A stretch of 62,935 nucleotides of DNA, counting the filler, from a bacterium (GTDB taxonomy: Bacteria > JALSQH01): the NCBI GenBank assembly GCA_027004335.1. It is 11 parts of 11 records of this genome, joined end to end, with 100 filler letters (N's around TTAATTAATTAA, not from the genome) between each part and the next. Parts side by side here need not be neighbours in the genome. Positions count along the whole stretch, not along the records: positions 39,588 to 53,313 come from JALTID010000046.1; 10 more parts are not named here. One strand, given 5' to 3'. Shown here piece after piece: positions 42,054-53,157 of the stretch; positions within the stretch are counted from its first letter, which is position 1; every line of letters starts with the position of its first letter. The notes under the pieces were generated by a model that ran no database searches, was not told the DNA's origin, and saw only the letters and a list, made by a program, of their open reading frames with translations. The translations under genes were made by a program, and so were the position numbers.

Positions 42054-43341
42054 TGTTTTAGGTTTGAATTATAGAACAGCTCCCCCTGAGATCAGGGGAG
42101 CATTTGCTCTTTTGCCTCATTTACGGAAGGAAATTTATAAAAAAACTTCTCCAAGACTTGATGGAGAATTTCTATATCTATCAACCTGCAACAGAACAGA
42201 ACTCTACTATGCAGGGAAAAATAAGTACGGATTTGACGATCTTCTGACCCTACTTTTTTCAATTTTTGACACTGTTGTTTCCAGGGACTTTTTTTATTTT
42301 TTCCAGGATAGAGAAGCTGTGAAGCATCTCTTTGAGGTTATTACAGGTCTTGATTCCATGGTAGTTGGTGAGAAAGAAATTGTCGCACAGGTTAAGGAGG
42401 CTTATCAGATAGCACATAATTATAAAACTGCTGGAAAGTACCTGGAAAAACTCTTCTCCACGGCCCTTCATGTGAATAAAGATGTTAGAACAGCATTCCC
42501 TGAGCTTTCAAGTCCTATTTCTATACCCTATATTGCAGTGAAGATTTTAAAAGAGAAAATTGGCTCCCTTTTAGAAAATAAATTTCTTATTATTGGTAGC
42601 GGTAGTATGGCTGATCTTGTGGCAAAAAATTTTGTTGATTATGGTGTGAAAAAACTAACTTTTACAAGCAAGCATATTGATAGAGCAAGAGAGATCGCGA
42701 GAAACTGGGGGGCAGAAGCGATAGGGAGGGATTTTGCATTGGAGCATCTGTCAGATTTTGATGGAATTGTTATTGCAACCACAGTTTCATCTCCAATCAT
42801 AACTGAGGAGTCTTTTGCATCTTCACCAGGATCACCTATTGTGATAATTGATATTTCAATTCCCAGGGGAGCGAAGTTTTCGAAACCAATTAAAAACATT
42901 GAAGTTATTTATCTGGATGATCTTAAAGGTCTTACCGAAGAAAATAAAAGACAACGGTTAAAAGCTGTGAAGAAGGTAGCAGATGTTCTTGAAGAAGAAT
43001 CATTCAGATATATGAGGTGGGTGGCTGAGCAGTATGTGGCTCCAATGATTGAGAAGATGTATTCAAGAAGTGAAGAAATAAGGAAAGAGATGATGGAGGA
43101 GCTTTACAGCAGATATAAGATCCCCCGGGAGATGAAGGAGAAAATTGATTATCAAACATCTCTTCTTGTTAGAAAGTTGATTCATCTTCATCTTGAGAAA
43201 GTAAGGGATGTTACCCGGGGTGCCTGGAGTGACGAGATATATGATCTTATTCAGCTGATTTTTTCTGGATATGAAAGAAAAGCCATTGATACTGGGGACC
43301 AGGGGAAGCAAACTGGCCCTGGCTCAGACAAAAAAGGTTGA
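42043..43341 (+). CDS. hemA: Glutamyl-tRNA reductase
   Basis: GLNYRTAP, LSTCNRTE, GLDSMVVGE, IIGSGSM, DISIPR motifs. Confidence 0.92.
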   Translation: MRYSVLGLNYRTAPPEIRGAFALLPHLRKEIYKKTSPRLDGEFLYLSTCNRTELYYAGKNKYGFDDLLTLLFSIFDTVVSRDFFYFFQDREAVKHLFEVITGLDSMVVGEKEIVAQVKEAYQIAHNYKTAGKYLEKLFSTALHVNKDVRTAFPELSSPISIPYIAVKILKEKIGSLLENKFLIIGSGSMADLVAKNFVDYGVKKLTFTSKHIDRAREIARNWGAEAIGRDFALEHLSDFDGIVIATTVSSPIITEESFASSPGSPIVIIDISIPRGAKFSKPIKNIEVIYLDDLKGLTEENKRQRLKAVKKVADVLEEESFRYMRWVAEQYVAPMIEKMYSRSEEIRKEMMEELYSRYKIPREMKEKIDYQTSLLVRKLIHLHLEKVRDVTRGAWSDEIYDLIQLIFSGYERKAIDTGDQGKQTGPGSDKKG

Positions 43342-44197
43342 AGATTTCCTGAACAGTAGGGGTATTGAGACTTCTGTAAGGATTATCCATTCAAGAGGTG
43401 ATCTTGACGGAGAATCCCTCCTCTACGAAATTGGAGGTAAAGGAGTCTTTACAGGTGCACTTGAGGATGCACTTGTAAGGGGCGAAATAGATCTTGCCAT
43501 TCACAGTGCAAAGGATATTCCAAGAGGAATTGCACAGGGAACAGAGATAATAGGGGTGTTACCAAGAGGAAAAGTTGAGGATGTTCTTATTGTTGGAGAT
43601 ATTGAGAGTGAGGTAATGAGGATCCTGGAAAAGGGAAAAATCGGTACAGGTAGTCTCAGACGGAGGGCTTTTCTAAAGCGTTTTTACAACAGTCGTAATA
43701 TTGTTGATATTCGTGGCAATGTGGATACAAGACTCAGCAAGCTTAAAAAAGGGTATTTTGATGCGCTGATTTTTGCAGCCGCAGCTCTTGAGAGGCTTGG
43801 ACAGACATGGAAGGTAAGGTGGTTTTCTTTTGATCCTGCTTCTTTTATTCCTTCACCCAATCAGGGATTCATAGTGGTACAGGCGAGGAAAGGTAGATTT
43901 AACAGTCTTTTCTCTCATGATAACAATGATTGGAAAACCTTTTGGATAGAAAGAAGAGTTGCAAATTTGCTGGAGCTTGATTGTAGGACTCCGGTTGGCC
44001 TCTACTGTTTTGAAAAAAAAGGGAAACTTTATTTTTACGGAAGTGTAATAACTCCGGATGGTAAAAACTATGTGGATGTCAGGCTGTCTGAATCTATTGA
44101 AAAATGGGAAGATTTCCCGGAAAGAATATATGAGGAATTTTTGAAGAAGGGAGTGGAAAATATACTGGAGATGATAAAAAAATGGCAGGAGAGGTAA
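43271..44197 (+). CDS. hemC: Hydroxymethylbilane synthase
   Basis: GTRGSKLALAQ, GKGVF, IHSAKD, GTGSLRR, IRGNVDTRL and cofactor Cys in DCRTP. Confidence 0.95.
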   Translation: MKEKPLILGTRGSKLALAQTKKVEDFLNSRGIETSVRIIHSRGDLDGESLLYEIGGKGVFTGALEDALVRGEIDLAIHSAKDIPRGIAQGTEIIGVLPRGKVEDVLIVGDIESEVMRILEKGKIGTGSLRRRAFLKRFYNSRNIVDIRGNVDTRLSKLKKGYFDALIFAAAALERLGQTWKVRWFSFDPASFIPSPNQGFIVVQARKGRFNSLFSHDNNDWKTFWIERRVANLLELDCRTPVGLYCFEKKGKLYFYGSVITPDGKNYVDVRLSESIEKWEDFPERIYEEFLKKGVENILEMIKKWQER

Positions 44198-45687
44198 TCA
44201 TAGCAGGGGCAGGTCCAGGAAATCCCCTTTTTATCTCCTATCAACTCCTGCTGGAGATGAAGAAAGCGGATGTTATTGTTCACGATAGGCTTATTCACAG
44301 AGAGATTCTCCGTTTTGCCAATCCTGATGCCGACATCATCTTTGCAGGAAAGGAGGCAAAGCATCATTACTTAAAGCAGTATGAAATAAATGATCTTCTC
44401 GTAAGTAAAGCAAAGGAAGGGAAAAGAGTTCTCAGAATTCAGGGTGGGGATCCAATTATTTTTGGCAGAACAGGTGAAGAACTTGAGAAACTTGCAGAGG
44501 CTGGGATACCTTTCCGCCTTATACCGGGAATAACTGCAGGGGTGGCTGCACCTGAGTTTGCGGGAATCCCTCTCACCCACAGAAAAGTCACCTCCATGGT
44601 GATGTTTGTTACAGGTCATGAGGATCCGGGAAAGAATTACCCATCTGTGGACTGGGAGTCAGTTGCCAGATTTGGAGGTACTGTTGTAATTTTTATGGGC
44701 GTGGGAAATTTAAGGAACAATATGGAAAGGTTAATTAAACTCGGAAAGTCTCCTGAAGCCCCTGTGGCCATTATTGAAAATGGTGCTTATTATAATCAAA
44801 AGGTAATAACTGGAAAAATTAGGAATATTGCAGACCTTGCAGAGAAAGAAGGGATAAAGCCTCCTGCAATTACGGTTATAGGTGATGTGGTAAAATATAG
44901 GGAGCAGAATGTATGGTTTGAAAAATTACCCTTATATGGCAGGAAAATTGCTATAATGCGTTCAGAAGAAGATATGATGAATCTGGGAATTAGAGTATGG
45001 AATGAAGGAGGAGAAGTGGTTTTCTTCCCTGTTATAAGGTTTGAACCTCTTGATTTTATTGATGAAGTTAAGGAGAAAATATGTTTTAAAGAGGATAACT
45101 CTCATTATCTTGTTTTTACCAGTCCCAGAGGTGTTAAATTCTTTTTTTCAATCTTAAATGAAAATTCTCTTGATGTTAGATGTATAGGGATGAAAAAAGT
45201 TGCAGCAATCGGACCTTCAACAATAGAGGAATTAAAAAAATATGGAATAATCTCTGATCTTGTACCTCCACAATTTGTGGCTGAATCTCTTGCTGAAGCA
45301 CTTCTGAAGGAGAAGCCAGCAAAAGTAACGATTCTCAGAGCAAAAGTTGCTCGTGATGCTCTTCCACAGATATTGAGAGAAAATGAGGTAGAAACAGAGA
45401 TTATAAGTCTCTACCAGACCATAAAAGTTACCCACAAGCAGAATGAAGTGGATGAAGTAAAAAATTCCGATTATTTTCTTTTTACCAGTTCTTCAACCTT
45501 TAAAAATTTTGCAGAGCATTTTTCATCACTTGATTTTTTGAGAAAAAAAGTGATCTCCATCGGTCCTGTAACTTCTTCTACTATCAAAGAGTATGGGATT
45601 GAACCTCTTGTAGAGGCAGATGAGCACACCATAGAGGGTGTTTATAGAACTTTAATCAGTTATGTGAAAAAAGAAAAAGGGGGTTAA
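44182..45687 (+). CDS. cobA: Fused uroporphyrinogen-III C-methyltransferase / uroporphyrinogen-III synthase (CobA-HemD)
   Basis: [26 protein letters not shown]-terminal HemD motifs FTSPRGV, AIGPST, FTSSST, SIGPVT. Confidence 0.93.
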   Translation: MAGEVIIAGAGPGNPLFISYQLLLEMKKADVIVHDRLIHREILRFANPDADIIFAGKEAKHHYLKQYEINDLLVSKAKEGKRVLRIQGGDPIIFGRTGEELEKLAEAGIPFRLIPGITAGVAAPEFAGIPLTHRKVTSMVMFVTGHEDPGKNYPSVDWESVARFGGTVVIFMGVGNLRNNMERLIKLGKSPEAPVAIIENGAYYNQKVITGKIRNIADLAEKEGIKPPAITVIGDVVKYREQNVWFEKLPLYGRKIAIMRSEEDMMNLGIRVWNEGGEVVFFPVIRFEPLDFIDEVKEKICFKEDNSHYLVFTSPRGVKFFFSILNENSLDVRCIGMKKVAAIGPSTIEELKKYGIISDLVPPQFVAESLAEALLKEKPAKVTILRAKVARDALPQILRENEVETEIISLYQTIKVTHKQNEVDEVKNSDYFLFTSSSTFKNFAEHFSSLDFLRKKVISIGPVTSSTIKEYGIEPLVEADEHTIEGVYRTLISYVKKEKGG

Positions 45688-45688
45688 A

Positions 45689-46678
45689 ATGTATTTCCCT
45701 ATTTTGAGATTGAGAAGATTAAGGATGAAAGATAATTTTAGAAAGATGAGGAGAGAAACGAGGCTTTCCTCTTCTAATTTGATCTATCCTGTTTTTATTC
45801 AGGATGGTAGGGGTAAAAAAGTTGAGGTTTCTTCGATGCCAGGTATTTACAGATATACGGTGGATAAAGTTGAGGAAGAGATTGAGAAGGCGATGGAAGC
45901 TGGTATCCCTGCAATAATTCTTTTTGGAATCCCTGATGAGAAGGATTCTCAGGCCACTCAGGCATGGGTGGAGGATGGAATAATTCAAAGGGGTGTTAGG
46001 TACATAAAAGATAGGTACCCCGATTTAATCATTATCACAGATGTATGTCTCTGTGAATACACTAATCATGGGCACTGTGGAATCGTGAAAGATGGAAAGA
46101 TCCTGAATGATGAAACTCTTGAAATCATAAAAAAGATTGCTCTTTCTCAGGTGGAGGCAGGTGCTGATATGGTGGCACCTTCCGGTATGATGGATGGTGC
46201 AGTAGGTGCCATAAGGGAGGTTCTTGATGAGTATAACTATGAAGATATACCCATCATGGCGTATGCTGCAAAGTATGCTTCCAGCTTCTATGGACCTTTC
46301 AGAGATGCTGCTGAGTCTGCTCCTGCTTTTGGAGACAGGAGGAGTTACCAGATGGACCCTGCTAACATCAGAGAGGCTATGATGGAGATTGAGCTGGATA
46401 TTCAGGAGGGAGCTGATATTGTCATGGTTAAACCTGCTATGCCATACCTTGATGTTATAAGGGAGGTAAGGAATAGATTTGATTATCCCCTTGCTGCCTA
46501 TCAGGTGAGTGGTGAATACTCTATGATAAAAGCTGCGGCGAAATTAGGCTGGCTCGATGAGAAAAGGGCAATGTGGGAGGCAACTCTCGCCATAAAAAGA
46601 GCGGGGGCTGATCTTATCCTCACCTATTTTGCCATTGAACTATCAAAGATGATAAAGGAAGGATGGAATGAAGCTTGA
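45689..46678 (+). CDS. hemB: Porphobilinogen synthase
   Basis: [48 protein letters not shown] motifs. Confidence 0.98.
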   Translation: MYFPILRLRRLRMKDNFRKMRRETRLSSSNLIYPVFIQDGRGKKVEVSSMPGIYRYTVDKVEEEIEKAMEAGIPAIILFGIPDEKDSQATQAWVEDGIIQRGVRYIKDRYPDLIIITDVCLCEYTNHGHCGIVKDGKILNDETLEIIKKIALSQVEAGADMVAPSGMMDGAVGAIREVLDEYNYEDIPIMAYAAKYASSFYGPFRDAAESAPAFGDRRSYQMDPANIREAMMEIELDIQEGADIVMVKPAMPYLDVIREVRNRFDYPLAAYQVSGEYSMIKAAAKLGWLDEKRAMWEATLAIKRAGADLILTYFAIELSKMIKEGWNEA

Positions 46679-47831
46679 TTTTAACAGAAGTCCTTTAATA
46701 GTCTTCTGGGAGGTTACCCAGGCGTGTGATCTTGCATGCAGGCATTGTCGGGCGGTGGCAATGCCTGATCCACATCCCCGGGAATTAACAACCAGAGAAG
46801 GAAAAAAACTGATCGATAAGATCGCCGAATTTGAAATTGCTCCTATTTTGATATACACCGGGGGAGATCCTCTCAAGAGAGAAGATATTTATGAGTTTGT
46901 GGCATATGGTGTGGATAAGAGATTAAGAGTTGCAATGAGTCCCAGTGGGACGCCTCTTGTTACGAAGGAGAGATTGAAAAAGCTCTATGATTCTGGACTC
47001 AGAAGAATATCCTTCAGTCTTGATGGTTCCAACAGATTTATACATGATGCCTTCAGGGGGGTCAATGGTTCTTTTGATTATACAATGAATGGTGTTAAAT
47101 GGTCTATAGAGCTGGGTATGGATGTCCAGGTTAATACCACAGTAACAAAGTGGAATTACGGAGATCTTGAAAGTATTGCTAAGTTACTTTCAAGTTATGA
47201 GATTGTTATGTGGGATGTTTTTTTTCTTGTTCCCACAGGGCGGGCAACTCTCTGGGATATGATCCCTCCTTCACTGGTGGAGGAGGCTTTTGAAAGATTA
47301 TATAAGATCTCTCAGAAATACTCTTTTACAATTAAAACCACTGCTGCTACCCATTACAGGAGATTTTTAATAGAAAGGATGGAGTCTCAGGGTATGGAAA
47401 TTTCACCTGATAAGGTTAAAGGAGCTTATTCAGATGGAGGAAGCCCCCATTATGCAGGATTTACAACAGGTGTTACTGATGGAAGGGGTATAATGTTTAT
47501 TTCCAAGACAGGGGATATTTTTCCCAGTGGATTTTTGCCCATAAGAACCGGTAATGTTAGAGAGGATGACCTCATAAAGGTTTATCAGGAGCATCAGGTT
47601 TTTAAGGACCTGAGAGATCCGGAGAAGCTTAAAGGTAAGTGTGGGGCCTGTGATTTCAAGGAGATATGTGGTGGATCAAGAGCAAGGGCGTATGGCATAA
47701 CAGGTGATTATCTTGAGGAGGAACCCTACTGTGTCCATGTTCCAGCAGGGTATGATTTTAAAGACTCTCTTGCTTATAAAATTGAACGCGGGAATTATCC
47801 CAATGGTCCTGCGGTGAAGAGGGCAATATGA
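46668..47831 (+). CDS. Radical SAM/SPASM protein, BA_1875-like; probable AhbD-type heme synthase
   Basis: [58 protein letters not shown]; sits inside the heme cluster. Confidence 0.7.
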   Translation: MKLDFNRSPLIVFWEVTQACDLACRHCRAVAMPDPHPRELTTREGKKLIDKIAEFEIAPILIYTGGDPLKREDIYEFVAYGVDKRLRVAMSPSGTPLVTKERLKKLYDSGLRRISFSLDGSNRFIHDAFRGVNGSFDYTMNGVKWSIELGMDVQVNTTVTKWNYGDLESIAKLLSSYEIVMWDVFFLVPTGRATLWDMIPPSLVEEAFERLYKISQKYSFTIKTTAATHYRRFLIERMESQGMEISPDKVKGAYSDGGSPHYAGFTTGVTDGRGIMFISKTGDIFPSGFLPIRTGNVREDDLIKVYQEHQVFKDLRDPEKLKGKCGACDFKEICGGSRARAYGITGDYLEEEPYCVHVPAGYDFKDSLAYKIERGNYPNGPAVKRAI

Positions 47832-48271
47832 AGAAAGAGATCAAAGATAACCTTTTAAAAATTCTTCAGTATGATTTCCCTGTAAGTACTACACCGTGGA
47901 GAGATATTGGGAAAAAATTGGGGGTCTCTGAAAATGAAGTATTAGAAATGGTGGGGGATCTGAAAAAAGAAGGTATAATAAGGAGAATTGGGGCAATTCT
48001 TGCAAAAGAAAAACTGGGTTTTAGATCTCTCCTTGTTGCATTAAAAGCTAAAGATAATTGCATGGATGAAGTAGTGACTTATCTAAATTCACTTGAAGCA
48101 GTTACTCATAATTACCTGAGAGAGGGTGAGTGGAATCTATGGTTTACCTTTTCATATTTTAAAGAAGAAGAGCTTCATGAGCTTAAAAGCAGGATAGAAG
48201 ATTTTAGTTGTGTGGAAGACATTTTAATTCTTCCAGCAACAAAAACTTATAAGATTGATGCAAGGTTTTAA
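47828..48271 (+). CDS. Siroheme decarboxylase subunit (AhbA/NirD-like, Lrp/AsnC fold)
   Basis: LQYDFPVSTTPW, GIIRRIGA, VTHNYLR, WNLWFT motifs. Confidence 0.88.
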   Translation: MKKEIKDNLLKILQYDFPVSTTPWRDIGKKLGVSENEVLEMVGDLKKEGIIRRIGAILAKEKLGFRSLLVALKAKDNCMDEVVTYLNSLEAVTHNYLREGEWNLWFTFSYFKEEELHELKSRIEDFSCVEDILILPATKTYKIDARF

Positions 48272-48274
48272 AGA

Positions 48275-48688
48275 ATGGGCAGGATTCTTGCAGTTGATTT
48301 TGGAACAAAAAAAATGGGGCTGGCAATGAGTGATCCCATGAAGATCACAGCCCAACCATTTGAGGTTATTGAAGTTATTTCACTAAAAAAAACTGCAAAC
48401 AGGATAGCTGAAATTGTAAGAGAGTACCAGGTGGAAGAGGTGATTCTGGGGATGCCCTATACCTCTACCGGAGAGATAAGTCGGACAGGAGAGGATGTTA
48501 CTGCTTTTGCTGAGATGTTAAAAAAAAGAATAAATGTGCCTGTTAAGTTTATTGATGAGAGAATGACCACTATGGGTGCGAGGAGGGTTCTTGATGAAGC
48601 GGGGATAAAAAGGAAAAAGCATAAGAAAGTAATTGATAAGATTGCTGCTACATATCTTCTTGAGGGATATTTAAAGAGCTTGAGATGA
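48275..48688 (+). CDS. ruvX: YqgF/RuvX pre-16S rRNA nuclease
   Basis: LAVDFGTKKMGLAMSD, ILGMP, IDERMTT, IDKIAA motifs. Confidence 0.95.
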   Translation: MGRILAVDFGTKKMGLAMSDPMKITAQPFEVIEVISLKKTANRIAEIVREYQVEEVILGMPYTSTGEISRTGEDVTAFAEMLKKRINVPVKFIDERMTTMGARRVLDEAGIKRKKHKKVIDKIAATYLLEGYLKSLR

Positions 48689-49695
48689 AGACTTTTCTGA
48701 AAGTTAGTGTAGCTTCTGTAGTTTTCCTTTTTTTGCTCTTTGCTGTTACTTTTTTTGTCTCGGTAAATAAAAAGATAGTAACTCCACTTGAATTAAAGGT
48801 GGAGCGGGGAGAAAATCTCAGAGAAATTCTGAGAAGAATTGGCAAGGAGGAGTCCCTCAACAATCTTGATCTCTGGATTATTTATTACTATCTGAGATTG
48901 AGTGGTAAGACCAATATAAAAGCTGGTCTTTACATGGGGATCCGGGGGGACAGGATCGTTGATTTTATAAAAAAAATTGTGGCCGGGAAGGCTCTACTTG
49001 TGAAAGTAACGATCCCGGAAGGTTACAACAGTTATCAGATTGCAAAGCAATTGGGGAAAAACGGTGTTTGTGATGAAAAGAATTTTTTAAAGTTTGCGTT
49101 TGACCCTGCTGTGGCTGAGAGGTATGGGATCCCATCTGATAGAGTTGAAGGTTTCCTTTTTCCCGATACATATAAATTCTCTGCGGAGACGCCTCCTTTG
49201 AAAATTATTGATGCGATGATTAAAGATTTCTGGAGACATTATCCTGAAGATTTCAAAAAGAGGGAGAAGAAGATTGGGTGGGACACATACAGAGTTGTTA
49301 TTCTTGCTTCAATTATTCAAAAAGAGGCATTTGCTGCAGATGAAATGCCCCTTATATCCGCAGTGTATCACAACAGATTGAAAAAACACATGCTTCTGCA
49401 GGCAGATCCCACCGTGATCTATGGTCTTTTTCCTCATTTTGATGGGAATCTCAGGAAGAAGGATCTGCTTGATAAAGCAAATAGATGGAATACTTATATT
49501 TACAGGGGATTACCTCCGACCCCCATCGGCAGCCCGGGAGTAGATGCAATAAGAACTGCTCTTTACCCTGCTGATGTGGATTATCTCTACTTTGTTTCAA
49601 TGGGAAATGGAAGACACTTTTTTTCAAAAACCTACTCGGAGCATATGAAAGCGGTCCTAAAATATCAGATCAAACCAGCAGAGAGGAGAAAATGA
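48685..49695 (+). CDS. mltG: Endolytic transglycosylase MltG
   Basis: TIPEG, EGFLFPDTY, LASIIQKE, LQADPT, NTY...GLPPTPI, YLYFV motifs. Confidence 0.95.
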   Translation: MKTFLKVSVASVVFLFLLFAVTFFVSVNKKIVTPLELKVERGENLREILRRIGKEESLNNLDLWIIYYYLRLSGKTNIKAGLYMGIRGDRIVDFIKKIVAGKALLVKVTIPEGYNSYQIAKQLGKNGVCDEKNFLKFAFDPAVAERYGIPSDRVEGFLFPDTYKFSAETPPLKIIDAMIKDFWRHYPEDFKKREKKIGWDTYRVVILASIIQKEAFAADEMPLISAVYHNRLKKHMLLQADPTVIYGLFPHFDGNLRKKDLLDKANRWNTYIYRGLPPTPIGSPGVDAIRTALYPADVDYLYFVSMGNGRHFFSKTYSEHMKAVLKYQIKPAERRK

Positions 49696-50681
49696 GCAGA
49701 AAAGAACTTGCCGGTAGTGTATTTATTCTGGGTTTTGAAGGAAAAGATGCCGAGAATGTAAAAAAAATTTTTTCAGATTTTCTCCCGGCAGGATGGATAC
49801 TTTTCAGGAGAAATATTTGTTCCAGAGAGCAGGTGCGGGATTTATTAGAGGAGATCAATAAACTTTATTCTTCAAGGATACCTCCACTTCTTTCAGTAGA
49901 TCAGGAAGGGGGAAGGGTTAACAGACTGATAGAAGAGTATCCCCCAGCGAGAGAACTTGCTGGGGTTTTTGAAGAAGATATTTCTGAGTTTGAAAAAATT
50001 GTCGGAGAGATGGCCAGAGATGTTAAAGATTATGGTTTCAATCTAAATTTTGCCCCGGTGCTTGATGTCCTGGTGGTGGAAAATGAGGTAATCGGAGATA
50101 GGGCTTTTGGCTCAAATCCAGAAAAGGTTCTGGCTCCTGCCAGAAAATGGATTGAGATTTTCAGGGATTCTGGTGTTGAGTCCTGTGGAAAACATTTCCC
50201 CGGTCATGGAGGAGTCAGGGGAGATTCACATAGAAGCCTCCCGAGGGACAGTGTATCAAGGGAGGAATGGGAGAGGATTTATCTATCACCTTTTAAAGAA
50301 AATTTCTCGCTTTTGAATTTCCTGATGATAGCTCATATCATTTTTGATTTTCTTGATCCATATCTTCCCACCTCCCTTTCCCCACAGACAGGAAAACTGC
50401 TTTCCGAATTCGGGTATAGCGGATTCCAGGTCACTGATGATCTATTTATGGGGGCGATAAAGGATAATTTCTCTCCCTCTGAAATTGTAAATCTTCTTGT
50501 TTCTTCTCATGTAGATTTCTGGATTGTTGCTGAAGATACAGATTATATTGAGGCAATTTACTCTTCGCTGTATGATATAATATGGAGGAGTGATGTTAGG
50601 GCGTGGCTTGAGTGGAGAGAAAAAAGAATTGAAAGATTCTGGAAAAAGTTATATAAGCGATTTCCTTCTGGATCTCAATGA
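49692..50681 (+). CDS. nagZ: Beta-N-acetylhexosaminidase (GH3)
   Basis: DQEGGRVNR, NFAPVLD, KHFPGHG...DSH, TDDLFMGA motifs. Confidence 0.92.
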   Translation: MSRKELAGSVFILGFEGKDAENVKKIFSDFLPAGWILFRRNICSREQVRDLLEEINKLYSSRIPPLLSVDQEGGRVNRLIEEYPPARELAGVFEEDISEFEKIVGEMARDVKDYGFNLNFAPVLDVLVVENEVIGDRAFGSNPEKVLAPARKWIEIFRDSGVESCGKHFPGHGGVRGDSHRSLPRDSVSREEWERIYLSPFKENFSLLNFLMIAHIIFDFLDPYLPTSLSPQTGKLLSEFGYSGFQVTDDLFMGAIKDNFSPSEIVNLLVSSHVDFWIVAEDTDYIEAIYSSLYDIIWRSDVRAWLEWREKRIERFWKKLYKRFPSGSQ

Positions 50682-53157
50682 TAGAGGGGCTCTTAAAATT
50701 GAGTTAACCGGAGGGAAAGGATCTAATCTCGCTTTCCTGGCACAAAAGGGGATAAAGATCCCTGATGCGGTTATACTTACCACTCATTTTTTTAAGAAAG
50801 TTCTTAATCAAATTGGGGGTGACTATCTTGATTTTTTCTCCGGTGAGCTTTCTGATGATGATATTGAGAAGTTAAGAGAGCAGGTGGAAAAATTTGATCT
50901 TTTCTCCTGCTGCCCTGAGGTGGAGAAGAGTATAATTAGAAGAATTTCCCGATGGGGAATTTATGCTGTCAGAAGTTCCTTTGGTATAGAAGATACTGAG
51001 GAATTCTCTCTGGCAGGTATAGGTGAATCTGTAACAGGAATTATCTCACCCGAAGAGATGGAAAGATCAGTAAAAAAAGTACTTTTTTCTTTTTTTTCCT
51101 CTACGATTTTAAAATATCTTGATTCGCTGGGGGCCGGTGAACTTTCTTATCCGGCGGTGATCATTCAAAAATTTATTGCAGGGGAATACTCCGGGGTCAT
51201 TTTTACCTCCCAGAATGGTTATTCTATAGTTGAGTTTCTTCCTGGAACAGCCATTCCTGTGGTTCAGGGGAAATATGAGCCTGTAAGATTGAAACTGCTT
51301 GAAGATGGGTGTAAGGGACAGTGCATAAAAGTGCCTGAGGTTACCAGAGGCCTTATCTTCGACGGGGGAAACGGTTTTGTGGAAAAGGTTTTCCAGAAAG
51401 TTAAATTGCCACCCAGGGTAGCAAAAAAGATCTGTGAAATGGGTAAGAAAATTACAGAAGTATATGGGTCACCAAGGGATGTAGAGTGGACTGTTTATAA
51501 AGGTGAGCTTTATATTCTCCAGGCGAGAGCGGTTACCCACAGAGAAAAGGCGGAGAATTTTCACTGGTCCAGAGTGCTTGGAGAGGAATTCTGGTCGGGG
51601 GTAGTCAGTCCTATGATGTATTCTCTGGTAGGAAAGGCTATTGAAATTTCAATGATAAAAGCTCCTGTTGAGGTATTGCTAAAAGGGGATATTGATGTTA
51701 AAAATATGCCCGGCATAGGGCTGTTTTATGAGCATATTTACATAAATCTTGATCTTCTCAGGGAAGCTTTCCGGATTATTCCAAGATGGGTTCTAACCGA
51801 TGAACTTTTGAGAATGTTTCCTGAAAATATGAGGGAGGAGATAAAAAATCAAAGCAAAACTGTTCCCCTGGAACTTATTCCAGCTTTTTCAAGATTTCTT
51901 ATGGCAGGCTTCCCATGGTTTTTTACTTCCAACTATAAAAAATTTTACAGGTTTGTGAAAGAACATTTAGAGGAACGGCCTCTTCCGAAAAAAAGGAGTT
52001 CACTGGAAGAAATATTGAAGGAAATAGAAAGGATTGAGGAAGAACTTAAAAAGTTTCTTTCCATTGTGGTCTGGGGGGTAACATACGCATATATAAGTGT
52101 TCCTTTTGTTGATAGAATTTTTTCCATGATGGTAGGAGAAGAAAATGCGAAAAAGTATGGATATCTCCTTTTCACAAACTTAAAGGGAGACAGGAATATT
52201 GGATTTCTGCGAGATATGCTCAGGTTAAAAAAGATGATGCCCCCCGGTATTACTGAAGACAATGATGTTGGTGAAATAAAAGAAAAATTCCCTGATTTTT
52301 TTAATGAGCTTGAAAGCTTTCTGAAAAAGTATGGGCATCGTTCCGGAGAGAGGGATCTGTTTTTTGTAAGATGGTGGGAGGACCCCTTTCTGGTTTTGAA
52401 GATAATTGAATCCTCCATGGTCTCAGATATTGAGGAGCTAGGGATCAGGGAAGCGTGGAGAAGGGTAAAAAGGAATCTCGTGAAAGATAGGGTCAGAATC
52501 AAAAAAGTTTATCTTCCAGAGCTTATGATCTTCCTCTGGCTCGCCAGAACCTACCTTACCATGAGGGAAAATATGAGATTCTATGCAGATATTTATCTCA
52601 GGGACATGAGAGTACTTCTTCTAAATGCGGGAGAAATTTTATATAAAAAGCGGATTCTTGATTCCGCAGAAGAGGTCTTCTTTCTGAGTTTTGATGAATT
52701 AAAAGAAGCGCTTAATATTCCTGGTGAAAAATTAAAGAAAGAGACCGCTGAGAGAAAAAAGCGGTTCCTTGAGAGGAGAAATGCTCCTGACTATATAGTG
52801 GGTGGGGAGGCTCTTTCTATACCGGGGAATGGAGACCACCTTGTGGGGATTACAATAAGTCCCGGTTTAGCTGAGGGAAGGGTAAGAGTTATCAGAGGAA
52901 TTGAAGATTTCCTTGAAGTGAAGGAGGGGGAGATAATTGTGATGAGTAATCTGGATCCCGGATGGAGTTCCCTTGTAGGGAAAGTTGCAGGTGCAGTTTT
53001 TGAAGTGGGAGGGCTTTTGTCCCATGGAGCAATTATTGCTAGGGAGTTTGGTATCCCTGCTATAGCAGGCATAAAAAACGCTGCTCAAATACTAAGAACA
53101 GGGGAGAAGGTCATTTTAGATGCCACGGCAGGTACTGTGACCAGATTTAAATCTTAA
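50629..53157 (+). CDS. PEP-utilizing dikinase with rifamycin-phosphotransferase-like architecture
   Basis: N-terminal ATP-grasp (GGKGSNL, AVRSS, DVEW, ILQAR), central helical domain (YGHR), C-terminal His domain (GGLLSHGAIIAREFGIPA). TTG at 50629 follows a GGAG; the ORF-track start is 50590. Confidence 0.85.
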   Translation: MKDSGKSYISDFLLDLNDRGALKIELTGGKGSNLAFLAQKGIKIPDAVILTTHFFKKVLNQIGGDYLDFFSGELSDDDIEKLREQVEKFDLFSCCPEVEKSIIRRISRWGIYAVRSSFGIEDTEEFSLAGIGESVTGIISPEEMERSVKKVLFSFFSSTILKYLDSLGAGELSYPAVIIQKFIAGEYSGVIFTSQNGYSIVEFLPGTAIPVVQGKYEPVRLKLLEDGCKGQCIKVPEVTRGLIFDGGNGFVEKVFQKVKLPPRVAKKICEMGKKITEVYGSPRDVEWTVYKGELYILQARAVTHREKAENFHWSRVLGEEFWSGVVSPMMYSLVGKAIEISMIKAPVEVLLKGDIDVKNMPGIGLFYEHIYINLDLLREAFRIIPRWVLTDELLRMFPENMREEIKNQSKTVPLELIPAFSRFLMAGFPWFFTSNYKKFYRFVKEHLEERPLPKKRSSLEEILKEIERIEEELKKFLSIVVWGVTYAYISVPFVDRIFSMMVGEENAKKYGYLLFTNLKGDRNIGFLRDMLRLKKMMPPGITEDNDVGEIKEKFPDFFNELESFLKKYGHRSGERDLFFVRWWEDPFLVLKIIESSMVSDIEELGIREAWRRVKRNLVKDRVRIKKVYLPELMIFLWLARTYLTMRENMRFYADIYLRDMRVLLLNAGEILYKKRILDSAEEVFFLSFDELKEALNIPGEKLKKETAERKKRFLERRNAPDYIVGGEALSIPGNGDHLVGITISPGLAEGRVRVIRGIEDFLEVKEGEIIVMSNLDPGWSSLVGKVAGAVFEVGGLLSHGAIIAREFGIPAIAGIKNAAQILRTGEKVILDATAGTVTRFKS

